From an uncultured Chloroflexia bacterium (lineage in GTDB: Bacteria; Chloroflexota; Limnocylindria; Limnocylindrales; CSP1-4), in contig CAWFXA010000003.1 in NCBI GenBank assembly GCA_963819655.1, positions 1 through 64,000 of the forward strand: DNA of 64,000 bases, read 5' to 3'. Both the position numbers and the translations under genes were made by a program. Below, piece after piece: positions 1 to 9,093 of this stretch (positions are counted from its first letter, which is position 1; each line of letters starts with the position of its first letter). Under the pieces are notes generated by a model. That model saw only the letters and a program-made list of their open reading frames with translations. It did no database searches and had not been told where the DNA came from.

Positions 1-113
1 AGAGAACATGTCGGCCGTGGGAGCCTGAACTTCCTTAAGCAGCCATACACGTGGCCCACGGAGTTCGGCTTGAGATCGAGCCCGTAGCCCTCGAGCTGAC
101 CGAGACCTGAGAC

Positions 114-1955
114 TCAGCCCGGCTGTGCGGGATCGCGCTCGATCGTAATCCCGACCTGCTCGCAGGCCTCGGCGAATTGCGTCAGCGGCTCGGTGCGCGT
201 CGTCTTCAACCGCTGGGCAAGCTGCGTGTAGCGGATGCCCCATGGGTAGACGACCGTGAGCGACTGCTTCGTCCGGGTCAGCGCGACGTAGAGAAGGCGA
301 AGCCCATCCGCGAGTGCGGCGCGATCGGTAAAGCCCTGGGCGTACGCTCCAACGAGGTACACGTGATCCCATTGTTGGCCTTTCGCGCCAAAGATCGTGT
401 AGAGCCCGACCTCGTCATCGGCCCACTCGCGATCGGTCGCCCCTGCGCCTGCCAGGCTCCTCATCTCCCCGAGGGCGTTGTCGGCGGGATCGCCAGGTCG
501 AGTCTCGGCGGGATCCAGGCCGATGGCTGTCAATACTTCGGCCCAGCCCACACTTCGCCCCGGCGCCAGCGCGGTGACCCCGGCGTCGACCGCCGCGCGA
601 AGAGCGGGCTCGTCGGCGCTCGCATGGATTGCTGTCCTGATGTCGCCAACCTTCGCAAGCACGGCGTTCAGGGCTGAGTCCATCGGAGCGCGCGCGCGGA
701 TGGCCAGGCTCACGGTGTCGCTGCCGATGTCATAGAGGGCGGAGATCGTCGGTGCCCCGATGCCCCGCGACAGATGCAGAACGCCCCTCCATGCAAGTTC
801 ATCTTCGGGATCGGCGGCCAGGCGGAGCAACGCGTAAGCCAATCGAACGCCGGGGTCGTCGGCGATTTCGGGATGCCCGCGGGGGTCGATTAGAGTGACC
901 CCAAAGTGGCTTGCGGCCTCCTGCTCGGCGAACTCCCTCAGGTAGAAGTCGGTGTCGCGCGGAACGATGACAGCGATGTCCGGGGCTGCGGACACTCGAA
1001 GGCGTCGGCGGATGTCCGCGAGTACCCACGCGCACTCGGCCGCGGGCGAGCGGAAGGCGATCACGCGAACTTCGCCCTGACCGAGCTCCGGTCGGGACGT
1101 GAGCCGCGGCCGCCCGGTGAGGCCGGGGACCGCCGGCATCGCCGCTGCCACAGCCTCGGCCAAGTCGACGACGAGACCGGGGCAGCGCCTCGACTCGGAG
1201 AGGTACACCGGGCCCGGCGTGGCATACACGCCGGCGAAGCTGTTGAGCCCGAGCGGGTCAGCCTCCCGGAAACCGTAAATCGACTGCCGATCATCCCCCG
1301 CGGCAAAGACGCCGGCACCGCACGACGCGGAGATCGCGTGGATGAGGCGAAGTTCCTCCGGAGTCAGGTCTTGGTACTCGTCCACGAGGATCGCTCGTGG
1401 CGGGTTCGGCAGATCCTCATTGGCTTCGAGCAGACCGCGCAGGTCATAGGCGAGCTCGTCCATGAGTCGCAGTTGCAGGAAGTCGCGGACGCGCTGCCAC
1501 GCGAGTCGAAGGACGGTCTCCTGCGGCGTCGGGGTCGGACGAGAGGCCATGGTGTCCCGGAAACCGGCACCGAGCCTCGCGAGAAACTTGTCGACCTGGT
1601 CGGCTCGGAAGCTAAAGCCCGCCGCGGCGGTAAGCATCTTCATGTCCATGCGGACGAGCTCACGCTGCTCCCAGCGATCGGCGATGCGCTTCCTCGCGGC
1701 CGCGCCCATGAGGTTGAGTTTACTCAAGGCGAAGGAGTGAACAGTCGAGGCCGGCGGCTCCGGGATCCGGATTTGGAGGGATCTCGCCGTCTCGTTCGTG
1801 AGGGTCAGGACGGCCATCTCGCGTCGGTTCACGCCCTGTGCCTCGAGCGACCGAACCCGTTCTTCCAACCGAAAGCTCTTGCCGGTCCCAGGGCCCGCAA
1901 CCAGTACGTTCGAGTCGGCCGGCGGAGCCGAAACAGCGTCATCGATCTCGGGCAT
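114..1955 (-). CDS. UvrD/Rep-family (SF1) ATP-dependent helicase, island cargo
   Basis: Motifs VAGPGTGKS, ILVDEYQD, GDDRQSIYGFR, TIFGAKGQQW and LLYVALTR. Start chosen at MPEIDD; the ORF extends upstream to 2018. Confidence 0.85.
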   Translation of the reverse strand: MPEIDDAVSAPPADSNVLVAGPGTGKSFRLEERVRSLEAQGVNRREMAVLTLTNETARSLQIRIPEPPASTVHSFALSKLNLMGAAARKRIADRWEQRELVRMDMKMLTAAAGFSFRADQVDKFLARLGAGFRDTMASRPTPTPQETVLRLAWQRVRDFLQLRLMDELAYDLRGLLEANEDLPNPPRAILVDEYQDLTPEELRLIHAISASCGAGVFAAGDDRQSIYGFREADPLGLNSFAGVYATPGPVYLSESRRCPGLVVDLAEAVAAAMPAVPGLTGRPRLTSRPELGQGEVRVIAFRSPAAECAWVLADIRRRLRVSAAPDIAVIVPRDTDFYLREFAEQEAASHFGVTLIDPRGHPEIADDPGVRLAYALLRLAADPEDELAWRGVLHLSRGIGAPTISALYDIGSDTVSLAIRARAPMDSALNAVLAKVGDIRTAIHASADEPALRAAVDAGVTALAPGRSVGWAEVLTAIGLDPAETRPGDPADNALGEMRSLAGAGATDREWADDEVGLYTIFGAKGQQWDHVYLVGAYAQGFTDRAALADGLRLLYVALTRTKQSLTVVYPWGIRYTQLAQRLKTTRTEPLTQFAEACEQVGITIERDPAQPG

Positions 1956-2240
1956 CAGGCCTCCCCGCACACGCACTCGACAGGCGCGCGGAACCTCGTG
2001 GTTGGGTCGCCTGGCCAACGCGCTCGGCTCAAATGACCCGCTTCTTGGTCACGTCGGCATCCACTGGAGCCCGGCGCGCGGCTGCCACGTCGCTGCGGGC
2101 CATCCTCGCACAGTCGCTGGAGTCGCAAACCGGGACTGACGGTGAAAGCCCGAGCTTGATCCGGAGTCCCTGTGAATTCGCTTCCACGTTCTGCGCGGAC
2201 TAGCCACATCGCCGTTTGGATGGCTGTGGACGACGTTCGA

Positions 2241-3202
2241 TTACCCCCGCACCCCGACCAGCCGATCGGCCGGCGACGCCGTCCGATGGCGGGCCACGAG
2301 ATCGGCCTCGGACAGGCTGACGTAACGGCGGACCATGTCGAGCGTCGCGTGGCCCAGGATCTGCTGAAGGCTGAACACGTCACCGCCGTTGACGAGATAG
2401 CCGCGCGCGAACGTGTGGCGGAACGTGTGCGGTGAGCAGCGGGTCCCGATCGCCGCCCGCCGCCCGAGGCGGGCGATCGCGAGCTGGATGCCACGGGCCG
2501 AGAGGGCCCGGCCCCCAGCGCCCGCAGAAGAGCGGGTCCCCAGCGGCGACGGAGCGCCCGAGTCGCGAGGTAGCGGACCAGCGCCCGTCGGGCGCTCGCG
2601 CCGATCGGCACGATCCGCTCTTTGGCGCCCTTGCCCATGACATGGAGCGTCCCGTCGGGCCGGACGTCGCCGACCCGCAGCGAGGCGAGCTCGGACAGGC
2701 GCAGCCCAGTGTCGAGCAGCACGAGCGCCAGCGCCCGCTCCCGCTCGTCGGCCAGTGCGAGGAGGCTCCGCAGCTCGGGATCGGAGAACGGGGCGATGAG
2801 CCGGTGCGGCACCTTCGGTCGGCGCAGCCCTCGGAAGCCAGCCGCCGCGGCGACCTCCTCGGCGGCGCACCAGTTGCCGAAGGCCTTCAGACCGCGGACG
2901 TAGCCGGCGATCGACTCGGGGGCGAGCGAGGCCCGCAACTCGAGCAGCCAGGCCCGCAGCTCGGCCGCGGGGATGGCGTCGACCGGCCGCGCCTCGCCGA
3001 AGCGGCGGACGGCTCGGATGAGGATCATCCGGTACCACTCGACCGTCCGGGCCGACGCGCCCTCGGCCGCCTTGGCGGCGCAGAACAGGTCGGCGGCGGC
3101 GCCCATTCCGATCGGGATCGGGCCCAGAGAATCAAGCGAAGTGACGGGTGGGCCCGAATAATCAGGCGAACAAACTGGGGAGTAGTCAGGCGAAGTAGCC
3201 AC
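2241..3202 (-). CDS. Tyrosine recombinase/integrase, split by two apparent frameshifts (~2520 and ~2560)
   Basis: N-half has LLDTGLRLSEL and GKGAKER; C-half in another frame has SPHTFRHTFA, LGHATLDMVRRY; a third frame bridges them (GDPLFCGR). GTG start at 3202 with GAGGAGG RBS. Confidence 0.85.
3126..3195. repeat. Three direct repeats with core TCAnGCGAA, possibly integrase arm-type sites
   Basis: agagaatcaagcgaag (3126), gaataatcaggcgaac (3156), gagtagtcaggcgaag (3180). Confidence 0.5.
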
Positions 3203-3242
3203 GATCGAACCTCCTCGGCCAAGGAGCCGAGTGAGGTCGAAG

Positions 3243-3289
3243 CCGCAACATCTGGTGGTTCAGCGTTGGCTGTGCCCTAGATGTTGTGG
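3243..3289. promoter_or_regulatory. Putative tandem NrdR boxes
   Basis: ccgCaAcATcTgGtgg (3243-3258) and gccCtAgATgTtGtgg (3274-3289) fit the acaCwAtATaTwGtgt-type consensus, offset by 31 bp. Confidence 0.55.
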
Positions 3290-3291
3290 TG

Positions 3292-3366
3292 TGGCTGGCG
3301 AGGAAGGATTCGAACCTTCGATCTCCTGATCCAGAGTCAGGCGCCTTACCGCTTGGCCACTCGCCA
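3292..3366 (-). tRNA. tRNA-Gln(CTG)
   Basis: Reverse complement TGGCGAGTGGCCAAGCGGTAAGGCGCCTGACTCTGGATCAGGAGATCGAAGGTTCGAATCCTTCCTCGCCAGCCA folds as a cloverleaf with anticodon CTG and encoded CCA. Confidence 0.97.
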
Positions 3367-3383
3367 GTGGAGCGGCGGACATT

Positions 3384-4112
3384 CTAACGCAGGGTCGGTT
3401 CGCGGCCGCCGGCCCCCGGCGAGCCCGGCGGCGGTTCGATCTCCACGAGCACGGCGCCCGTCACGTTGACGACCATCGAACCAGCGTGGTCGAGGCGCCA
3501 CTCCTCGACGCTCGCGGGGTGGACATGGCCGTGGAGCCAGAGCGGCGGTCGGATCCGGTCGAGCAGCCAGCGGTAGGCGGAGAAACCCACGTGGAACGGG
3601 TCGGCGGCGCGATCGCCGACACCGAGCGGTGGCGCGTGGCTCAACACCACGGCAGGACGGTCCTGGCCGCGGATCCGGCGCCACGCTAGGCCGACCATCA
3701 GCCTGATCACATCTGCTGTGGCGCTGCTGTCGTGGCGCATCCGGTCTCCGCGACGCAGGCCGGGCCATTCGAGGGTGAGGACCGGCAGTCCGGTGATGTC
3801 CGCGATCGCGCCACTCGGGAGGGCCTTGGGAGCGGCATGGGCGGCGGTGTCCGCCCATGCGCCACCGTGGTCGTGATTGCCGCGCACGTAATGGAGCGGG
3901 ACACCGAACGCGTCGCCGAGGAAACCCAGGTAGGAGGGCCCGAGATCGCCCGCCCCGACGATCGCATCGAGTCGGCCGAGTGCCGCGCGGTTCACCTCGT
4001 ACCCGAGCGCCGGATCCTCGTCATCGGAGACGGCAAGCCAGCGGATCGGTCGACCGTCACGCTGGCGGAACGGAGTCGGATCGGGCCAGACGATTCGGAG
4101 GCGTCGGATCAT
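3384..4112 (-). CDS. Metallophosphoesterase (calcineurin-like)
   Basis: AVSD, GAGDL, VRGNHD, LSHAPP and LHGHVH motifs. Confidence 0.88.
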   Translation of the reverse strand: MIRRLRIVWPDPTPFRQRDGRPIRWLAVSDDEDPALGYEVNRAALGRLDAIVGAGDLGPSYLGFLGDAFGVPLHYVRGNHDHGGAWADTAAHAAPKALPSGAIADITGLPVLTLEWPGLRRGDRMRHDSSATADVIRLMVGLAWRRIRGQDRPAVVLSHAPPLGVGDRAADPFHVGFSAYRWLLDRIRPPLWLHGHVHPASVEEWRLDHAGSMVVNVTGAVLVEIEPPPGSPGAGGREPTLR

Positions 4113-4792
4113 CCCGAGGCGTCAGGGCGGCGGAGCTCGCGCTCATTGCGTGCGCGCGCGCGGACCGGTCGCGCGGCCTCCATCTCCGCCTCGAGCGTGC
4201 CGATGGCCTCCGTCCGGCGGCCACGGGGAGGCACCAACTCGGTCACGGAGGCATCGATGTCCTGCTGGTTCGAATAGAGCGCCAGCGCCACGCGGTTGTG
4301 ACCGTCGTTCACCCAGTAGCAGTCGCCGTAGCGCACGACATCGATGGGCGGAAGGATCTGCAGCGAGTCCTGCGACTTGCGGAGCCGTTGCCAGCGGCCT
4401 GCCCAGTTCGCCCCACGGAACGGCTTGAGCGGCAGGAAGTCGCCGCCCCGTTGTGCGCCGCCGCCGACCGCGGTGCCGCAGATCTTGTCGATCGGGATCG
4501 ACCGCAGCCCGATGATCACCGGGCGCGCCTGGCGGGATTCCGGGTGGAGCTCGGTCAGCGATGGCAACGGATCCCGAGCGAGGCGCCGGATGCGCCGGAC
4601 GCGCATGCCGGGCAACTCACGGACCGTGTTGGCCGCGGCGTTCGCGGCAGCCCCGAGGGCAGCACCGACGCCCTCCATGAGCGGTTCGGCCGCGGCTTCC
4701 GCTCCATCTCGGAGCCGCTGCATGGGTCCGCGGGTGGCGGGCGTTTCGTCTTGATCCTCGCCGTCGCCGACGGTCCGATCCTCGTCGCGCAT
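4109..4792 (-). CDS. ParB/sulfiredoxin-like N-terminal domain protein
   Basis: IPIDKICGT...LPPIDV...YWVNDGHNRVALA...IDASV. Overlaps the downstream gene by 4 nt; start uncertain. Confidence 0.7.
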   Translation of the reverse strand: MRDEDRTVGDGEDQDETPATRGPMQRLRDGAEAAAEPLMEGVGAALGAAANAAANTVRELPGMRVRRIRRLARDPLPSLTELHPESRQARPVIIGLRSIPIDKICGTAVGGGAQRGGDFLPLKPFRGANWAGRWQRLRKSQDSLQILPPIDVVRYGDCYWVNDGHNRVALALYSNQQDIDASVTELVPPRGRRTEAIGTLEAEMEAARPVRARARNERELRRPDASG

Positions 4793-4909
4793 CGCGACAA
4801 GTGTGCTGGAAGTCGCCGTCGCACGCGCCCACACGTCGGGTCCCGAGTAGCGGGGCGAGCGTCGTCGCATTCTTCTGGCAACTAGACGTCGTCTGGTACC
4901 CTGCCGCCC

Positions 4910-6586
4910 GTGTCCAATGAGGGACCCGGCCCCGTCAGGCCGGTGAGGGGCGAGCGCGCCCATGCGCGACCGCTGCGACGAGACCACCGCCCCGTGAGCC
5001 CGGATCCGCCTAGGAGAGGATCGCGAGGCCGGCCTCAACGCGGCCCGGGCCGCTTCGGGCCTGCCGTGCTCGACGCCATCTTCCCGGGCCTCGGCCACCT
5101 GGCAGCCGGCCGCCGGCGGCGTGCGGCCATGTTCGCGCTGCCGGTCGTCGCGATCCTCGTCCTCGGCCTGGTCATCGTCGCCACGACGAGCGGGCTCCGC
5201 CTGGCGGCGACGTTGTTCGATCCCGCCGTCATCTGGGCTCTGCTCGCGATCCAGGCCGCGCTCCTCGTGTGGCGCCTGCTCGCCGTCGGGTCGAGTCTGT
5301 GGGATCCGCGTTTCCCGCGACCCGGCCGGCGCGAGGCGCTGCCGATCGCCGCGATCGTGCTCCTCGCGGTGATCGTCCCGCAGGCCTTCGCGGGCTACGC
5401 GACCGAGGTGGCCAGGGAGACCGCGGACGAGATCTTCACCGAGCCGTCACCGACGGCATTGGCGGGGCCCCTCGGGACGCCAGAACCCGACCCGAGCTTC
5501 CTGGCGACTCCCGTTCCGAGCGCGAGCGCATCGGCGAGCCCGTCGCCGTCCGCGACCCCGACCGTGCCGCGCGTCAACGTCCTGCTCGTCGGCGTGGATG
5601 CCGGGGTCGGCCGCAACACGTACCTGACCGACACGATGATCATCGCCTCGCTGGACCCTGTGGCCGAGACGGTCTCGATGGTGTCGGTGCCGCGCGACAT
5701 GGTCGACGTGCCGCTGCCCGACGGGCGCAAGTTCACCGGCAAGATCAACGGCCTGGTGTCCTATGCCCGCCATCACCCGAAGCAGTTCCCGGGTTCGGAC
5801 GGGACCGGCTTCGACGTGCTGCGCGGCGCCCTCGGCGAGCTGCTCAGCCTCGACATCCCGTACCACGCGGCGGTGAACCTGGGCGGCTTCGTCAAGGTCA
5901 TCGACACCATCGGCGGCATCAATGTCTACGTCGCCCGCGCCTTCTGCGACCCGTCCTACGACGAATACGGTTTCACGCGCGGGTTCGCGATCACCAAGGG
6001 CCGTCACCATCTCAACGGCCAGCAGGCCCTCGCCTACGCGCGGGTCCGGAAGCCAGCCGGCGAGAGCGACTTCACCCGCGCCGCTCGACAGCAGGAGGTC
6101 CTGGCCGGCGTCCGGGATCGGATCGTCCACGGCGGGTTCATCAACGACCCCATCGGCCTGATGAAGGCTCTGTCGCAGACGATCACGACGAACGTGCCGC
6201 GCAAGGTCCTCCCGGATCTCGCCGACGCGATGGCAAAGATCGGGCGCGAAGACACGTACCGCGCAGTGATCTCGTCGCCGATGGTCGCGTCCGACTTCGA
6301 CAAGCGCGGGTCGATCCAGGTGCCGAACCGCGGACGCATCGACAGGCTATCGAAGGCCATCTTCCCGGTCGCCGGGAAGCTGCCCCATGATCGGTACCGC
6401 GTCGCCAAGGGGGCCGGCGGGACGCCGACGACCGGCGGCATCGGCGGCTGCCGGCCGGCGGCGACCCCGAGGCCCACCGCGAAGCCGACGGCCAAGCCCA
6501 CCGCCAAACCGACGGCCAAGCCGACTGCGACACCGGCGCCGACCGCCGAACCTACCCCCGAACCGACGCCGACACCGACGCCCTAG
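4910..6586 (+). CDS. LCP (LytR-CpsA-Psr) family protein with N-terminal TM helices and Pro/Thr tail
   Basis: NVLLVGVD, TDTMIIAS, SVPRD, ALAYARVR, DFTRAARQQ. TACCCT lies 7 nt before the GTG. Confidence 0.9.
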   Translation: MSNEGPGPVRPVRGERAHARPLRRDHRPVSPDPPRRGSRGRPQRGPGRFGPAVLDAIFPGLGHLAAGRRRRAAMFALPVVAILVLGLVIVATTSGLRLAATLFDPAVIWALLAIQAALLVWRLLAVGSSLWDPRFPRPGRREALPIAAIVLLAVIVPQAFAGYATEVARETADEIFTEPSPTALAGPLGTPEPDPSFLATPVPSASASASPSPSATPTVPRVNVLLVGVDAGVGRNTYLTDTMIIASLDPVAETVSMVSVPRDMVDVPLPDGRKFTGKINGLVSYARHHPKQFPGSDGTGFDVLRGALGELLSLDIPYHAAVNLGGFVKVIDTIGGINVYVARAFCDPSYDEYGFTRGFAITKGRHHLNGQQALAYARVRKPAGESDFTRAARQQEVLAGVRDRIVHGGFINDPIGLMKALSQTITTNVPRKVLPDLADAMAKIGREDTYRAVISSPMVASDFDKRGSIQVPNRGRIDRLSKAIFPVAGKLPHDRYRVAKGAGGTPTTGGIGGCRPAATPRPTAKPTAKPTAKPTAKPTATPAPTAEPTPEPTPTPTP

Positions 6587-6667
6587 CAGACTGCCGACCC
6601 GCGCACGCACCCGCGATGAGCGGTACGTTCGGGGGAGTGGCACCCAGCGCCCGCATGCTGGCACCCT

Positions 6668-7471
6668 ATGACGATGGTGCGAACGCCGGACCGACGGCCC
6701 CGCCTCGTCGCCCTCCTCCTCGTCGCCACGCTTCTGACCGGTCTCGCCGCGACAGTGTCGGCTGCGCCGGCGCTTCCGGCGTGCAAGATCGCGGACGTCC
6801 TCACGAAGTACCGCGGCTACGCGTACTGGCATCGGTCGCTGCTCGACCCGACCTATCGGCTGCCGAGCACCTACGCGCCCGGCGACATGCGATCGACGTC
6901 CTATGCCGGCCTCAACGGCGGCTTCTCGGTCCGCAGGCACGTGATCGCCGACCTCAAGGCGATGGCGAGTGCGGCCCGGGTGGCTGGCGCCCGTGTCGTC
7001 GTCCAGTCGGCGTACCGCAGCTATTCGACCCAGAAGGCGACGTTCGACTACTGGGTGAGGGTCCACGGCTACGCCACGGCCCTCAAGGAGAGCGCGCGCG
7101 CAGGTCACAGCGAGCACCAGCTCGGCACGACCGTCGACTTCCGGGGATACGGCGGCTCGGCGCCGTGGAACTACTCGGACTGGGGGACGACAAAGGCCGG
7201 CGCGTGGCTGAAGGCAAATGCCTGGAAGTACGGCTTCATCATGTCGTACCCGAAGGGCAAGACCGCCGTCACGTGTTACCAGTACGAGCCCTGGCACTAT
7301 CGGTACGTGGGGCGGTCTCGCGCGCGAATCATCCGAGCGAGCGGGCTGACGTTACGCGAATTCCTGTGGCGTGAGCAGAACCCGACGACCGTCACGCCGA
7401 CCCCGACTCCGACTCCGACACCATCTCCTGAACCCACACCGACACCCACACCAACCCCGGAGCCAACCTAG
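6668..7471 (+). CDS. M15B/VanY-type D,D-carboxypeptidase, secreted, with PT tail
   Basis: SAYRSY, SEHQLGTTVD and YEPWHYRYVG motifs; signal peptide. Confidence 0.9.
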   Translation: MTMVRTPDRRPRLVALLLVATLLTGLAATVSAAPALPACKIADVLTKYRGYAYWHRSLLDPTYRLPSTYAPGDMRSTSYAGLNGGFSVRRHVIADLKAMASAARVAGARVVVQSAYRSYSTQKATFDYWVRVHGYATALKESARAGHSEHQLGTTVDFRGYGGSAPWNYSDWGTTKAGAWLKANAWKYGFIMSYPKGKTAVTCYQYEPWHYRYVGRSRARIIRASGLTLREFLWREQNPTTVTPTPTPTPTPSPEPTPTPTPTPEPT

Positions 7472-7604
7472 GCCCGATCGGAACCGTGCCATTGCCGCAT
7501 GCAGAGGCACCCGACGATAATGTCGTCCGAACGGGGACCGTCACCCCGGCGCCAGGCCGATCCGGACCGGATCCCGGGAGAGATCTCTTTTGACGCTTCC
7601 GACC

Positions 7605-7838
7605 ATGAAGTTCGGGATCACGCCGATCGAGGAAGGCCGGTTCGTCGCAGCCCTCGAACCGGTCGGCGCCCCGACCGACGCCCCACCGGTCGTGTACACC
7701 GCCGGGGAGGTGCTGGCGGAGTGGCGCGCCGCGGAACGCCGCTTGGACGCGATCCCGGAAGGTACGGCCGAGTGGCGCGCCGTCCGCCACGACATCGATG
7801 TCTTCCGGCGCCGCTACCAGGCCATGTTCAAGCGCTAG
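7605..7838 (+). CDS. Small hypothetical protein
   Basis: 77-aa ORF with GC3-biased codons; its stop overlaps the next start. Confidence 0.55.
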   Translation: MKFGITPIEEGRFVAALEPVGAPTDAPPVVYTAGEVLAEWRAAERRLDAIPEGTAEWRAVRHDIDVFRRRYQAMFKR

Positions 7839-8851
7839 TGGCCATCCCCCCGACGTTCCGTGCGTATGTCGCCGAACGCATCGAGAGCGAGGGCGCCCCG
7901 CGAGTCGAACGTGGCGTCCGCGAGTTCGCCGGCGCCGACCTGCCGCCTGGCGAGGTCGAGGTCCGCGTCGCGTGGTCGAGCGTCAACTTCAAGGATGGCC
8001 TCGCTACGAAGATCGACGGCAAGGTCGCGCGGATCTCCCCGCTGATCCCGGGCATCGATCTCGCGGGTGAGGTGGTCGCGAGTACCGATCCCGCGGTCGC
8101 GATCGGGTCGACTGTCCTCGCCCACGGCTACGACCTGGGCGTGTCCCGTCACGGCGGCTACGCCGAGTACCAGCGTGTGCCCGCGGCCTGGGTCGTCTCG
8201 CTCGATCGGGGCCTCGCGGCGCGGGATGCGATGGCCATCGGGACGGCCGGGTTCACTGCGGCGATGTCGGTCGTGGCGCTCGAGGAACGCGGGCTCAAGC
8301 CCGGTGATGGGCCGGTCCTGGTGACCGGCGCGAGCGGTGGGGTCGGTGGCACAGCCGTCGCGATCCTCGCGGAGCGTGGCCATGAGGTGTGGGCGGCGAC
8401 AGGCAAGCCCGACGAGGCGAACCGGTTGCTCGAGCTCGGCGCGGTCGGGATCCTGGAGCGGGACGAGGTGACCGCCGAGGGCAAGCCGCTCGAGTCGGAG
8501 CGCTGGGCCGGCGCCATCGATGCGGTCGGCGCCGCGACGCTGCCATATGTGCTGCGCACACTGCGGAAAGGCGCCGCGGTCGCGGCCAGCGGCAATGCGA
8601 GCGGTCCGAAGCTCGACACGACGGTGTTCCCGTTCATCCTGCGCGGGGTCGCGTTGCTCGGCATGGATTCCGTCCAGCTGGCGATCGAGCGACGGCGTGC
8701 CATCTGGTCGCGGCTGGCGACCGACCTGCGGCCGCGTTCGCTGGGCGAGCACGTGACCGAGGTGACCCTCGACACACTCGACGACGCCCTCGACGCGATC
8801 GTCGCAGGGGCCGCTCGAGGCCGCTGGGTCGTCCGGGTGGGAGCGGGGTAA
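7838..8851 (+). CDS. acuI: Acryloyl-CoA reductase / YhdH-YhfP family MDR oxidoreductase
   Basis: SSVNFKD, PGIDLAG, GTAGFTAA, VLVTGASGGVG and TVFPFILRGV motifs. Confidence 0.85.
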   Translation: MAIPPTFRAYVAERIESEGAPRVERGVREFAGADLPPGEVEVRVAWSSVNFKDGLATKIDGKVARISPLIPGIDLAGEVVASTDPAVAIGSTVLAHGYDLGVSRHGGYAEYQRVPAAWVVSLDRGLAARDAMAIGTAGFTAAMSVVALEERGLKPGDGPVLVTGASGGVGGTAVAILAERGHEVWAATGKPDEANRLLELGAVGILERDEVTAEGKPLESERWAGAIDAVGAATLPYVLRTLRKGAAVAASGNASGPKLDTTVFPFILRGVALLGMDSVQLAIERRRAIWSRLATDLRPRSLGEHVTEVTLDTLDDALDAIVAGAARGRWVVRVGAG

Positions 8852-8886
8852 GGTTGACCCTCCGAACAACCAGGAGGACTTACCCA

Positions 8887-9090
8887 ATGTCGGTCGCACG
8901 TGTGACGGAGATCAGCTCCCGCTCCGAAAAGAGCTTCGAGGACGCGATCAACCAGGGCATCGATCGGGCGAACAAGACCCTGCGGAACGTCAAGGGCGGC
9001 TGGATCAAGGAGCAGGCCGTCGACGTCGAGAACGGCCGGATCATCGGCTACCGCGTCAACATGCTGGTGACGTTCGTCCTCGACGAGTAG
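8887..9090 (+). CDS. Dodecin family flavin-binding protein
   Basis: MSVARVTEISSRSEKSFEDAI...TLRNV...YRVNMLVTFVLD; AGGAGG RBS. Confidence 0.9.
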   Translation: MSVARVTEISSRSEKSFEDAINQGIDRANKTLRNVKGGWIKEQAVDVENGRIIGYRVNMLVTFVLDE

Positions 9091-9093
9091 GGC

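Larger units (their letters stand above)
1..3291. mobile_element. Right end of a tRNA-Gln-integrated genomic island (continues beyond the window start)
   Basis: Integrase sits immediately downstream of the tRNA 3' end, followed by non-core helicase cargo. The distal att duplicate is not in the window. Confidence 0.65.

Noticed and set aside
1-87. Possible 3' end of a plus-strand gene (REHVGRGSLNFLKQPYTWPTEFGLRSSP*)
   Set aside because: Too short to support.
906-2036. Long antisense ORFs (also 37309..40119, 54271..56502, 56496..58550 and others)
   Set aside because: Shadow ORFs of real genes in high-GC DNA, with no motifs.
2020-2240. Short inverted repeats (gggact/agtccc) between the integrase and helicase as a possible ncRNA
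   Set aside because: Stems are short and expected by chance at this GC content.
6470-6586. 12-nt and 6-nt tandem repeats (also 7390-7470)
   Set aside because: They encode TAKP/PT tails and are not an independent DNA element.
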